The position numbers and the translations under genes were made by a program. A stretch of 63,530 nt of DNA, the filler included. It is 5 parts of 5 records of this genome, joined end to end, with 100 filler letters (N's around TTAATTAATTAA, not from the genome) between each part and the next. Parts side by side here need not be neighbours in the genome. Positions count along the whole stretch, not along the records: positions 1 to 15,568 come from SRR20825019_2470; 4 more parts are not named here. One strand, written 5' to 3'. Positions 1 to 9,669 of this stretch are shown piece after piece. Numbering within the stretch: the first letter of the stretch is position 1; each line of letters begins with the position of its first letter. The notes under the pieces are model-generated. The model saw only the letters and a list, made by a program, of their open reading frames with translations, was not told where the DNA came from and made no database searches.

Positions 1-1
1 C

Positions 2-1387
2 AGCCTGCCCTGCATGCCGGCGCGGCGCGAGATCATGAGCGGCCGCAAGGACTTTCTGTGGCGACCCTGGGGACCGATGGAGGTGTTCGACCTGCAACTT
101 CCCGAACTGATGGGCAAGGGCGGCTACCGCACCGCCGTCGTCACGGATCATTATCATTACTGGGAAGAGCAGGCGAACGGCTATATCGAAACCTTCAATT
201 CGATGGAGTTCGTGCGCGGCCACGAAATGGACCCGTGGAAGTCATACGACAGCAATGAACCGCTTCCCGCCTGGGCGGCCCGCATCGCCGAATATCGCGG
301 CCAGGATGCTGCGCGCCAATACTATGCCAATGTGAAGGATTTCAACGGCGAGGAAGATTACTTCCCGGCCAAGGTCTTCCGCGGCGCAGCCGACTGGCTG
401 GACAACAACGCCAAAAAAGGAAAATTCTTCCTGCACGTCGAAAGCTTCGACGTCCACGAGCCCTTCGATGCCCCCGAGCCCTACGCGTCGCTCTATACCG
501 ACGATGCGGGCAAGCGCGACCGCTACAACATCTGGCCACCCTACCAGAACTACGAAAACCTCACGAAGTTCATGGCCCAGACCTCCGATGAGGAACTCGA
601 ATTCCTGCGCTCGCAATATGAGGCGAAGATCACCATGGTCGACCGCTGGCTCGGCCATCTGCTCGACAAACTCGATGAATTGTCGCTCTGGGACGACACG
701 GTGATCATCCTGACCACCGACCACGGCCACGATCTCGGCGCGCGCGGCGTATTCGGCAAGCAGTATCCGCACTACGACAGCCACGCCAATATTCCTCTTA
801 TAATCTATCACCCGACGCTGTCCGCCGGCGGAAAGCGCCAGAAGGGGCTCAGCCAGACGGTCGACCTCTTTTCCACCGTGCTCGAAGCCGGCAATGTCGA
901 AATCCCGGAAAACACCCGCCACAGCCGCTCGCTGATGCCGGCCGCCGGCGGTGACGAGACGGCGCGCGATGTGCTTCTCTACGGCACGTTCGGCCAGGGC
1001 GTGTGCGTGACGGACGGCCAGTATACGCTGTTCAAATCGCCGGCCGCGCAGGCAAACACCCCGCTCAACGTCTATTCGACCTATCTCGCCAAGACCATGC
1101 TGGTCGATAACGGCACACCGGAACGCGCCCGCGAGATGCCGCGCAAACCGCTCGCCTCCGGTTATTTCGACCAAACCGTCGACCTGCCGATGTGGCAATA
1201 TCCAATGCCCGTCGATCTGCGAACCACCGAGAATTTCCTCTTCAACCGCAAGAAAGATCCCGGTCAGAGCGAAAACCTCTGGGACGCCAACCCGGAGCAG
1301 CGCGAACGCATGCTGGCTCTCGTCCGGACGGCCATGAAGGAGGAAGGCGCTCCGGCCGAACAATTCGTCCGGCTGGATCTGGCATAG
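2..1387 (+). CDS. Cys-type sulfatase, 5'-truncated at the window edge
   Basis: Frame is open from base 2 (SLPCMPARR), giving the CxPxR formylglycine motif; also FDVHEPFD and ILTTDHG metal-binding motifs. Confidence 0.88.
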   Translation, partial: SLPCMPARREIMSGRKDFLWRPWGPMEVFDLQLPELMGKGGYRTAVVTDHYHYWEEQANGYIETFNSMEFVRGHEMDPWKSYDSNEPLPAWAARIAEYRGQDAARQYYANVKDFNGEEDYFPAKVFRGAADWLDNNAKKGKFFLHVESFDVHEPFDAPEPYASLYTDDAGKRDRYNIWPPYQNYENLTKFMAQTSDEELEFLRSQYEAKITMVDRWLGHLLDKLDELSLWDDTVIILTTDHGHDLGARGVFGKQYPHYDSHANIPLIIYHPTLSAGGKRQKGLSQTVDLFSTVLEAGNVEIPENTRHSRSLMPAAGGDETARDVLLYGTFGQGVCVTDGQYTLFKSPAAQANTPLNVYSTYLAKTMLVDNGTPERAREMPRKPLASGYFDQTVDLPMWQYPMPVDLRTTENFLFNRKKDPGQSENLWDANPEQRERMLALVRTAMKEEGAPAEQFVRLDLA

Positions 1388-1398
1388 CCGCGGACAAC

Positions 1399-1435
1399 CC
1401 GCCCCTTTGACTGCCGTTGGCGGCAAAGCGGGCGG
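1399..1435. terminator. GC-rich hairpin between convergent genes, possible bidirectional terminator
   Basis: ccgcccctttg...caaagcgggcgg outer stem enclosing tgccg-ttgg-cggca; no clear U tract. Confidence 0.4.
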
Positions 1436-1497
1436 CAAAGGGGGGTGGCATCGATCCGGGCATCTGCCGCTCTCTCCTTGTTGCCGGCAGCGGTTGC

Positions 1498-2532
1498 TCA
1501 GTTTCCGTTTGAAAGACTCATCATCACCTTCATCGCACATGTCCGATCCGAGGCCGCGTCGAACGCATCGATAAAATCATCGGACGCGAACCGGTGCGTC
1601 ACGAGATTGCCGAAAACACCGGCATTGCCGGCAAGCATTTCGAGGGCATCGTCAAATTCGCTGCCGAACCGCCAGCAGCCTCTGAAGTCAATCTCGCGAC
1701 TGACGACCAGAGACAGTGGAGCCGGCACAGACCCGTGCGCAAAAATTCCGACTTGAGCCACGATGCCGCCCCGGCGTGCTCGCGCCATCGCGGCGGACAG
1801 GCCATCGGGCACGCCGGTCGCCTCGAAAACGATATCGAACGCGCCTTCCGGGGCCGTGCGAGTGATGTTCCACGTTTCATCCGCGCCCACACGCCTCGCC
1901 AGGGTCAGGGGAAAGTCGCTGATATCGACGGCGGCGATCCGGGCGGCGCCCTTCAGCCTCAGCGCGGCAACGAGCAGCGCGCCGATCGGCCCGGCGCCCA
2001 TGACCAGCACCGCGCGACCGGCGACGTCGCCGGCCCGCGCGATGGCGTGAAGGGCAACCGCCAGCGGCTCGGTCAGCGCAGCAATGTCGAGCGGCAGTCC
2101 TTCGGGCACCCGCCGAAGCTGCGTCGCCTCTATCGTCAGGAAACGCCGGAAACCGCCATCGCAATGAGGCATGCGCGCAGCACTCCCCAGAAAGCGCACG
2201 TCCTCGCAAAGCTGCTCCCGGCCGGACAGGCACCCATGACATTGGCCGCAGACCCGTGCCGGATGCACCACGACGGCATCGCCCACGGCAAAACCGCGAA
2301 TATCCTGCGCTGTCTCGCAGACACGGCCTGAAAGCTCGTGGCCAAGGACCATTGGCTGACGGAGTTTTGCCACGCCGGATCCGCCGTGACGATAGAAATG
2401 GAGATCGGAGCCGCAAATCCCGCCCCAGGCCATCTCGAGCCTGACCTCACCCGCACCGAGAGGCACGAGATCGCGCGTCTCCGCGCGGAGATCTTTCGCG
2501 GCATGAACCACGATTGCACGGTCTTTCAGCAT
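1498..2532 (-). CDS. Zn-dependent medium-chain dehydrogenase, L-idonate 5-dehydrogenase-like
   Basis: GICGSDLH, LGHE, CGQCHGC..C Zn cluster, GSAARMPH, GAGPIG; start set at MLKDRAIVVH (alternative 2601). Confidence 0.82.
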   Translation of the reverse strand: MLKDRAIVVHAAKDLRAETRDLVPLGAGEVRLEMAWGGICGSDLHFYRHGGSGVAKLRQPMVLGHELSGRVCETAQDIRGFAVGDAVVVHPARVCGQCHGCLSGREQLCEDVRFLGSAARMPHCDGGFRRFLTIEATQLRRVPEGLPLDIAALTEPLAVALHAIARAGDVAGRAVLVMGAGPIGALLVAALRLKGAARIAAVDISDFPLTLARRVGADETWNITRTAPEGAFDIVFEATGVPDGLSAAMARARRGGIVAQVGIFAHGSVPAPLSLVVSREIDFRGCWRFGSEFDDALEMLAGNAGVFGNLVTHRFASDDFIDAFDAASDRTCAMKVMMSLSNGN

Positions 2533-2590
2533 AGCAGGGCCCGCATGATTGTCCTGCGGCCCCCTGATCCGAGGCAAACCGTCGTCGGCG

Positions 2591-3514
2591 TCAGACCCCA
2601 TGACGTTGCCTGACCAGCGTCACATGTTCCCTGATGCCATCGGCAAGCTCGTAATCCGGTTGCCAGCCGATATCCGCGCGCGCCTTGCTGTCATCATAGG
2701 AGGAGGCATAGGGCTGGGTTGTCCGGGCGCTTTCTTCGAAGGTTACACGCGCTTCCGGGAAGAGCTGCATGGCAATCGTCATCGCCTCCCGGATACTGTG
2801 CACGCTCCCCATGATGTTATAGCTGATTTCTGGCTGTTCCTCCCGCTCAAGGAGCAACATCAGCGCCTTGACCGCGTCCCTGACATAGAGCCAGTCGCCG
2901 CGCTCCTCGGGGTTGGCAATGACAAGCGGCTCGTTTCTGGCGATCCTGTCGAGCAGCAGCGACGAATATTCGGCCGTGATCCCGGTGCTCCTGCCCGGCC
3001 CGTAAACCCACGGGAAACGGACAGCGCCGCAGCTCAGCCCGTGGATCCGGCGATACCATTCAATCAGATGCTCGCAAGCCAGCTTGGTCTGTCCGTAGAC
3101 GGTGCGCGGCAGCCGCTCGGCGTCGTTGCGCACCGGTTCCTGCAGCCCCTGGCCAAAAACCGATCCGGCGCTCGTCATCACGAAGCGCTTCAGCCCGTAG
3201 GCAAGTCCGGCATCCAGCAGGGTTGCGGTCGACATGAAGTTGACGCGGTAGCCGAGCAGCGGGTTGGCCTCGCACGGCCCGGCAAGCACCGATGCCAGAT
3301 GTACGATCTTTTCGGGGCGGACGATGCCCATCAGCTTCTGAATATCCGCTTCGCGACCGAGATCGGTCTGGAGATAGCGAACATTGGAGAGCTTTGCGAT
3401 CCATTCCGGCGCCGGCATGCGATCGGTGGCGGCGACGTCGTAGCCCCGCTCGAGCAAAACCGGAATCAGATAGGAGCCGATAAAGCCAGTCGCTCCGGTC
3501 ACCAGTACAGTCAT
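2591..3514 (-). CDS. NAD-dependent epimerase/dehydratase (extended SDR)
   Basis: VTGATGFIG, HLAS, YGQTK (YxxxK), VYGPG; GAGGAGG RBS before ATG 3514. Confidence 0.88.
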   Translation of the reverse strand: MTVLVTGATGFIGSYLIPVLLERGYDVAATDRMPAPEWIAKLSNVRYLQTDLGREADIQKLMGIVRPEKIVHLASVLAGPCEANPLLGYRVNFMSTATLLDAGLAYGLKRFVMTSAGSVFGQGLQEPVRNDAERLPRTVYGQTKLACEHLIEWYRRIHGLSCGAVRFPWVYGPGRSTGITAEYSSLLLDRIARNEPLVIANPEERGDWLYVRDAVKALMLLLEREEQPEISYNIMGSVHSIREAMTIAMQLFPEARVTFEESARTTQPYASSYDDSKARADIGWQPDYELADGIREHVTLVRQRHGV

Positions 3515-3525
3515 GTTTTTCCTCC

Positions 3526-4293
3526 TCAGGAAGACGCGATATGAAATCCACCGCCGCCCGCATTGATATGTGCGCCGGTCACGAAAGACGCAGCCGGCGA
3601 GCTGAGCCACAGGACGATCTCCGCGATCTCCTCCGGCTGTCCTATCCGCTTCATCGGGATAGAAGCCTCCACCGATTTCTTGAGAGCAGCATCGTGTTCC
3701 AGATTGGCGGTCATCTTCGTCGCGATCATGCCGGGCCTTACGCTGTTGACGCGAATGCCCTGGTCCGCGACCTCGCGCGCGAAGCCCGTTGTGAAGACGT
3801 CCACCGCGCCTTTCGAGGCGGCATAGACGCTCGCGCCGGGACGACCGCCGATGGTCGCCGCCATCGATGAAATATTGACGATCGAACCGCCCTGCCCGCC
3901 GGTTGCAGTCGACATGTGGCCGACAGCCTCGCGGCAGCAGAGCATCAGGCCGACGACATTCACCGCCATCACCCGAGATATGTTTTCGCAATCGAGCGCG
4001 CTGACCGGCGCGTTGTAGGCGATGCCGGCCGAGTTCATCAGCACCGTGACGGGGCCGAACCGGTCGGCCACTTTTTTGAACGCATCGACAATATCGCCCT
4101 CGCTGGTGACATCGGCGGCCACCACCTGCGCCTCTCCGCCTTTCGCGGCGATCTCCTCCAGAAGCGCCGAGGCTTCGTTGCTGCCCGAAGGACGCACCAT
4201 CAGGCTCACGGCGTAGCCGCGCGCCGCCGCCATGCGCGCCGTGGCGGAACCGATGCCGCCGCCGGCGCCGGTAATGAGAATATGTCCGGCCAT
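3526..4293 (-). CDS. Classical short-chain dehydrogenase/reductase
   Basis: ITGAGGGIG, NSAG, VNISS, YAASK, IRVNSVRPG; GGGAGG RBS. Confidence 0.9.
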   Translation of the reverse strand: MAGHILITGAGGGIGSATARMAAARGYAVSLMVRPSGSNEASALLEEIAAKGGEAQVVAADVTSEGDIVDAFKKVADRFGPVTVLMNSAGIAYNAPVSALDCENISRVMAVNVVGLMLCCREAVGHMSTATGGQGGSIVNISSMAATIGGRPGASVYAASKGAVDVFTTGFAREVADQGIRVNSVRPGMIATKMTANLEHDAALKKSVEASIPMKRIGQPEEIAEIVLWLSSPAASFVTGAHINAGGGGFHIASS

Positions 4294-4321
4294 CGATCTG
4301 TCCTCCCTTGTTTCATCCTGC

Positions 4322-5044
4322 CTATGCGGCCGTATATCCGCCATCGACGGGGATCGTGACGCCCGTGATCATGCGCGACGCCGAAGATGCCAGAAACACC
4401 GCCGTACCGCAGAGTTCGTCTGGATCGGCCCAGTCGCCGCCCTTCGGCAATCTGGTCAGGACTTTCTGGCGGATCTCCGGGTCGGCCCGGCCACGCTCGG
4501 TCATCGGCGTCCGGATCCAGCCGGGCGCGATCGCGTTGACCCGGATGCCATCCACCGCAAAGGAAAGCGCCAGCGATTTCGTCAGCGACACCACGCCCGC
4601 CTTTGCTGCCGCATAGGCCGGAATATGCGGCGCGCCGTAATAGGAAAACATCGAGGCGATATTGATGATCGCGCCGCCGCGCGCGGCAAGTCCGGCGCGA
4701 TAGGCATTGGCAAGCCTCAGCGCACCGGTCAGATGAACGTCGAGCACCGCGTTGAAACCATCAGGCTGCATCTCCCGTTCGCGCTCGATCTGCCCGGCGC
4801 AGTGGATCAGCGTATCGATCGCGCCGGTTCGTTCGGCAAGACCGTCCACATCGGCATCATTCGTGAGGTCCACGGCTTCGTATCGGCAGCCCTTGGGCGG
4901 GGCGCGATCAGGCGCTCGACCGGTGACGATGACCTCGGCGCCATGGCGGACAAAACCCTCCGCCAGCGCCGAACCGATGCCGCCAAGGCCGCCCGTGATC
5001 AGAACGCGCTTGCCCTCAACCGAAAAATCCCAGTTCGCCGACAT
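4322..5044 (-). CDS. Classical short-chain dehydrogenase/reductase
   Basis: ITGGLGGIG, INIAS, YAAAK, IRVNAIAPG, VDGG; ATG overlaps the sulfatase stop (TGATG). Confidence 0.9.
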   Translation of the reverse strand: MSANWDFSVEGKRVLITGGLGGIGSALAEGFVRHGAEVIVTGRAPDRAPPKGCRYEAVDLTNDADVDGLAERTGAIDTLIHCAGQIEREREMQPDGFNAVLDVHLTGALRLANAYRAGLAARGGAIINIASMFSYYGAPHIPAYAAAKAGVVSLTKSLALSFAVDGIRVNAIAPGWIRTPMTERGRADPEIRQKVLTRLPKGGDWADPDELCGTAVFLASSASRMITGVTIPVDGGYTAA

Positions 5045-6474
5045 CAGCATGCCACCCTTCCGAGCCAACCCTGCGCGGCCAAACCGCTTTCGATGCGCCA
5101 TTCCAGCAGCCGCGCGGTCAGTTGCCGGCGCATGTCGGCATGGTTCGCATCGTCCCAGAGGTTGATGCATTCGTCCGGATCGTCCTCGAGATTGAAGAGC
5201 TGCCCTTCCGTCGTTCCGGAAATGTGCACCAGCTTCCACGGCCCGGTCCGGATCATGGTGAAGAACGCCGCATTGCTCTGGATCATGTCGCGCGCCAGCT
5301 CGGCGAAGACCTCGGTCCGGAGCGGCGCTTCGGTTTCACCCCGGGTGCATGGCGCGAGCGATATGCCCTCCATCCATGAAACGGGAGCAAGGCCTGCAAA
5401 TTCCAGCACGGTCGGCCCGAGATCCATGAGCGAGACGAGATCGTCGATGCGGGTTCCGCCGGGACGGCGGGGATCATGGATGATCGCCGGAACACGCACG
5501 GAATGTTCGTACATCGTCCATTTCTGGCTATGGCCGTGGTCGTTGAGACAATCGCCATGGTCGGAGGTGAAGATGATGATCGTGTTGTCAGCCACGCCGC
5601 GTTGTTCCAGCGCTGCCCTGATCTCCCCCATGATGCCGTCGATCATCGAGACATTGGCGTAGTAATGCGCACGCTGCCGCTTCGTCTGTTCATCGGTCGG
5701 ATGCGCGAGGTGGCGCACCGCGTCGTGATCGTCGCGGATATGGTTTGCCTGCAACTCCTGCAGCGCCCTTGGTTGCGCCTCGATATCCGAGGGAATGGGC
5801 GTGGGCAGGTCGCGATCGAGATAGGGTTCCAGATCCTCCGGCGCGGGATCGTAGGGCGGATGCGGCCCGGGCAGGCCGACCTGAAGGAAGAACGGCTTTG
5901 TCCCGTTCCATTCCTTCAGCCAGCGGCAGGCGAGCCGGCCGGTGAAGACGTCCGGATGCAGGTCCCGGTCGAGCTCCCATGAAAATGCGCCGAGCGCGGT
6001 CGCGTAATCCTGCCGGCGGCGGTAGCTGCGGCGGTCGGGCTTCTCGACGCCGCGCGCCATCAGCGCCTTGTCCCAGTTATCAAGGAAGAACGGCAGGTTC
6101 GGATGAGCCCGGTCCTTGTTCTCGACGACATGGCGTTCATGAAAGCCGAACGGCGCCTCGAAGGGATGGGTATGCATCTTTCCGACATTGCAGCAGTGAT
6201 AGCCGGCCGCCGCCAGGTCGCTGACCCAGGTCGAGGGCCAGACCTCGTCATTGCGCAGCACGCCGGAATTGTGCGGATAGAGCCCGGTGAACAGGCTTGC
6301 CCGCGAGGGCGCGCAGCATGGCGAGGTCACATACATGTTCGAAAACGCCGTCCCCTCTTCCACCAGCGCGTCGAGATTGGGCGTATCCATGTAAGGAAAA
6401 CCCATGGCGCGGATCGTGTCGTGCCTTTGCTGGTCGGTGATGACGAAAACGATATTGGGACGGGTATCGGTCAT
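5044..6474 (-). CDS. Cys-type sulfatase, no signal peptide
   Basis: PNIVFVITDQQR, CAPSRASLFTG, GKMH, PHPPY, FTSDHG. Confidence 0.93.
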   Translation of the reverse strand: MTDTRPNIVFVITDQQRHDTIRAMGFPYMDTPNLDALVEEGTAFSNMYVTSPCCAPSRASLFTGLYPHNSGVLRNDEVWPSTWVSDLAAAGYHCCNVGKMHTHPFEAPFGFHERHVVENKDRAHPNLPFFLDNWDKALMARGVEKPDRRSYRRRQDYATALGAFSWELDRDLHPDVFTGRLACRWLKEWNGTKPFFLQVGLPGPHPPYDPAPEDLEPYLDRDLPTPIPSDIEAQPRALQELQANHIRDDHDAVRHLAHPTDEQTKRQRAHYYANVSMIDGIMGEIRAALEQRGVADNTIIIFTSDHGDCLNDHGHSQKWTMYEHSVRVPAIIHDPRRPGGTRIDDLVSLMDLGPTVLEFAGLAPVSWMEGISLAPCTRGETEAPLRTEVFAELARDMIQSNAAFFTMIRTGPWKLVHISGTTEGQLFNLEDDPDECINLWDDANHADMRRQLTARLLEWRIESGLAAQGWLGRVAC

Positions 6475-7988
6475 GAATGGGTCTCACGTGTCGAAGTGGA
6501 AAGCTTGCGGCGTGCGCGGCGGCGCAGCAGCGCCTGCACGATCGGCGTGAAAAGTACGAGAACCAGAAGCGCCAGAATGATCTGCGAGGCCGGCCGGTGC
6601 AGGAAGAATCCGACCCAGTCGCCGCCGGTGACCAGCGACGTCATCCTCAGTTCCTCCTCGAAGGTCGACCCCAGCACGTAGCCGATGATCAGCGGCGCAA
6701 GCGGGATCGCCGCCAGGCGAAGCGCGTAGCCGATCAGGCCGAAGGCGAAGAACACCCAGAGGTCGAACATGTAACGCTGCACCATGAACACGCCGAGCAC
6801 GCTGAACATGCCGACGGCAGCGATGAGATAGGGTTTGGGCACGGCCAGCGTGCGGATCAGGGCGCGCAGCATGACCAGCGCGATCGGCAACAGCAGCAAT
6901 GCGCCGAGCAGAAAGGCCGCCAGAACGCCATAGACGATCTCGGGATGCTGCTGGAATAGCTGCGGTCCCGGTGTCAGCCCCTGGATCAGGAACCCGCCCA
7001 TCAGCGCTGCGACGACCGGATCGCCCGGAATGCCGATCGCAAGCATCGGCAGAAGCGCTCCGCCGGTCGTTGCGCTGTTGGCGGATTCCGAGGCCACGAC
7101 GCCATCGTCCGCGCCCTGCCCGAACTTTTCCGGCTCATCGGAGAAGTCGCGGGAGACACGATAGGCGATATAGGCGGAGGCATCGCCGCCGATCCCGGGA
7201 ATGGCGCCGATGAAGATGCCGAGCGCGCTGGAGCGGAGCCAATTCGTCCAGCGGCCGAGGAAGTTTCGCAGGACGCCGTTGCGCAACTGAAGGCGCACGC
7301 GGCCTGCCTTCAGATGTTCGCCTTCGGCCACCTGGGTCAGAAGCTCGGAGACCGCGAACAAACCCATCAGCAGGGCAACGAGGTTGAACCCGCCATCGAG
7401 GCTGCCGAGGCCCATCGTCATGCGCGGCAGGCCGAGGATCGGGTCCGTTCCGATCGCCGCGGCCGACAGGCCGAGCGCTGCCGCCAGCAGACCCCGCGGC
7501 AGGGATTTTCCGGTCAGCGAGGCAACGGTCGACAGGCCGAGCGCCGCCAGCAGCATCGTCTCCATCGGGCCGAAATTGGCTGCAGCGGCGGCGAGATAGG
7601 GCGACAGCAGGATCAGCAGGACCGCGCTGATAAGAGCGCCTGCAAACGACGACAGCGTGGCAAGCACCAGCGCGTCGGAAACGCGGCCGGCGCGGGCCAT
7701 GGGAAAGCCGTCCAGCAGCGTCGCCGCGGCCATCGGTGTGCCCGGAACGCCGATCATGATCGCAGTGACCGCGCCTCCGAAATTGCCGCCCTGATAGATG
7801 CCCATCAGCAGGGCGATCGAAGGGACCGGATCCATGTAGAAGGTAAACGGAATCGCAAGCGCGATGCCGAGCAATGGCCCCATCCCCGGCAGGACGCCGA
7901 AGATTATGCCCACGCCAATGCCGACGATGATGGCCAGAAGAAGCGACAGAACGCCGGCGAGATCGAGCGCCGAAAGCAGGGTATCCAT
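6471..7988 (-). CDS. tctA: Tripartite tricarboxylate transporter, large permease subunit
   Basis: GVLPGMG, GGAVTAIMIGVPGTP, DGFPMA, ESANSA, GIPGD, GLTPGP motifs; hydrophobic. Confidence 0.92.
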   Translation of the reverse strand: MDTLLSALDLAGVLSLLLAIIVGIGVGIIFGVLPGMGPLLGIALAIPFTFYMDPVPSIALLMGIYQGGNFGGAVTAIMIGVPGTPMAAATLLDGFPMARAGRVSDALVLATLSSFAGALISAVLLILLSPYLAAAAANFGPMETMLLAALGLSTVASLTGKSLPRGLLAAALGLSAAAIGTDPILGLPRMTMGLGSLDGGFNLVALLMGLFAVSELLTQVAEGEHLKAGRVRLQLRNGVLRNFLGRWTNWLRSSALGIFIGAIPGIGGDASAYIAYRVSRDFSDEPEKFGQGADDGVVASESANSATTGGALLPMLAIGIPGDPVVAALMGGFLIQGLTPGPQLFQQHPEIVYGVLAAFLLGALLLLPIALVMLRALIRTLAVPKPYLIAAVGMFSVLGVFMVQRYMFDLWVFFAFGLIGYALRLAAIPLAPLIIGYVLGSTFEEELRMTSLVTGGDWVGFFLHRPASQIILALLVLVLFTPIVQALLRRRARRKLSTSTRETHS

Positions 7989-7993
7989 GTCCT

Positions 7994-8527
7994 TCAGCCT
8001 CCGATCAGGGCGGTGAGAAACCGCCCGAAGGGCAGGTGAATGTCGAAGACGATCCGCACCAGCCAGTAAAGGGCCAGCGAGAACACCACCGGAAAGCCGA
8101 CGATCGAAAGCGGCCTGCGCGCGCCGCCGGCAACCATCAGCGCGGCGCCGAAAAGCGTGGTCGAGGCGATATAGCCAAACCGCGGAAACGCCAGAAGATA
8201 GAAAAACAGCGCCGCGACGACGCCGACAATGCGCCCCCATGGCAAGGCTTCATCAGGCCGGCCGCGTGCGGAAATCAGCCGCGTCGCGGGGCGGACGATA
8301 ACGGCGACCGCCAGAACCATCAGACCCACGCCCAGCCATGTCGGGTATTGCTTGGCATCGATGCCGCCCGACAGCGATGCGATGGGATTGTCCTCCATCG
8401 CCGCGATATCCAGAACCATCCAGAGGCCGAGAATGAAGGATCCTGCTCCGACGACGATGGCGGCAAGGTCTTGCGACCGGGTTGCCGTTTCCCGTTGCGG
8501 AGCCTGAAAGGTTTCGTCGTTGGACAT
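7994..8527 (-). CDS. tctB: Tripartite tricarboxylate transporter, small subunit
   Basis: 177 aa, 4-5 TM helices, YP, FGY and LPFG motifs, located between tctC and tctA. Confidence 0.85.
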   Translation of the reverse strand: MSNDETFQAPQRETATRSQDLAAIVVGAGSFILGLWMVLDIAAMEDNPIASLSGGIDAKQYPTWLGVGLMVLAVAVIVRPATRLISARGRPDEALPWGRIVGVVAALFFYLLAFPRFGYIASTTLFGAALMVAGGARRPLSIVGFPVVFSLALYWLVRIVFDIHLPFGRFLTALIGG

Positions 8528-8593
8528 CGGGAGAACCTCAGGTCTGAAAGGAAAACGCGCCGCCGGCCAATGTTATGGAGCGGCGCGAAACGC

Positions 8594-9574
8594 TCAATTT
8601 TTCTTCAGGTTTTCCAGTGCCGGCGCCAGCCGGTCGAGCGAAACCTGCCAGAGATCCTGAAACGCATCCGGCTCCATGTACTGGACGGTGAACCCGCCTT
8701 CGAACATCTTCTTCTTGAAGGGCTCGGAATTGATGACCTCGCGGAACACATCCTGAAGCTTCTTCAAGCGTTCCGGATCCGTGCCCTCGGGCGCGACCAG
8801 CCCCGACCAGCCGGCGGTCGCAGCACCCCAGTCAAGGTCGTAGCCCTGTTCCTTTGCCGTCGGAATTCCGGGTTCGATCGGTGAGCGCTCTTCGGTGAAG
8901 ATCGCGAGCGTCTTGATCTTGTCGCCGTAGATCTTCACCGCGCCGAGCGCGCCGGTCGTGAAGTCGAGAGAGCCGTCGAACAGGCCCTGAATATTCGAGG
9001 TCTCGCAACCATCCGCCGGGATCGGCTGATATCTGGTGATCTCGGCCACTTCGAGGAACCGCCGCATCACCACATGCGGAAGGCTGACCGCCGGGCAGAC
9101 GCCAACTCTCAGGACACCGTCCTGGGCTTTTGCCCATTCAACGAATTCATCAACGTTGTTTGCGGGGTGATCGGCGGCCACCGTCAAGGTGAAGGGGTTC
9201 ACCCACATCAGCCCGATCGGGTCGAAGCCCATCGGATCGAAGCCGATTCGCGGCTCGAACGTCGGCACCATGATCTGGGTGGCAACCCACGAATTGCCGA
9301 TCGTGTAGCCATCGGGATCGGCCTCGGAAAGCGCAAGCATCGCCTTGGCGCCGCCGCCGCCGGCGATGTTCTGCACCGCGATCGGCTGCCCCAGTTTCTG
9401 GGCAGCGAACTCGGCAACGATGCGCGCGGTGATATCCCCCGACGTACCGGCCTCCCAGGGCTCGATCATCGTGATCGGGCGCGTCGGAAAGCCCTGTGCC
9501 ATGGCTGCGCCGGCGAAAGCGGCGAACGAAAGCGCGACGCCCGCAACGCGGGCCAGTGATTTGGAAATCATCAT
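8594..9574 (-). CDS. tctC: Tripartite tricarboxylate transporter substrate-binding protein (TctC/Bug family)
   Basis: Signal peptide, FPTRPITMIEPW, NIAGGGG, PDGYTI, PTAKEQG, GLVAPEGT; GGAGGAG RBS. Confidence 0.9.
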   Translation of the reverse strand: MMISKSLARVAGVALSFAAFAGAAMAQGFPTRPITMIEPWEAGTSGDITARIVAEFAAQKLGQPIAVQNIAGGGGAKAMLALSEADPDGYTIGNSWVATQIMVPTFEPRIGFDPMGFDPIGLMWVNPFTLTVAADHPANNVDEFVEWAKAQDGVLRVGVCPAVSLPHVVMRRFLEVAEITRYQPIPADGCETSNIQGLFDGSLDFTTGALGAVKIYGDKIKTLAIFTEERSPIEPGIPTAKEQGYDLDWGAATAGWSGLVAPEGTDPERLKKLQDVFREVINSEPFKKKMFEGGFTVQYMEPDAFQDLWQVSLDRLAPALENLKKN

Positions 9575-9669
9575 TTCTCCTCCCTTGGATTTGACAAAGG
9601 CTAAAGAGAGGTCTTCATTAATGCAAATAATTAACAACGCATTCGTCATGCATTTTGGTAATCGAAAAC

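Noticed and set aside
242-8884. Long antisense ORFs (242-1540, 2549-3544, 4232-5662, 8036-8884)
   Set aside because: Shadow ORFs opposite well-supported high-GC genes, with no recognisable motifs
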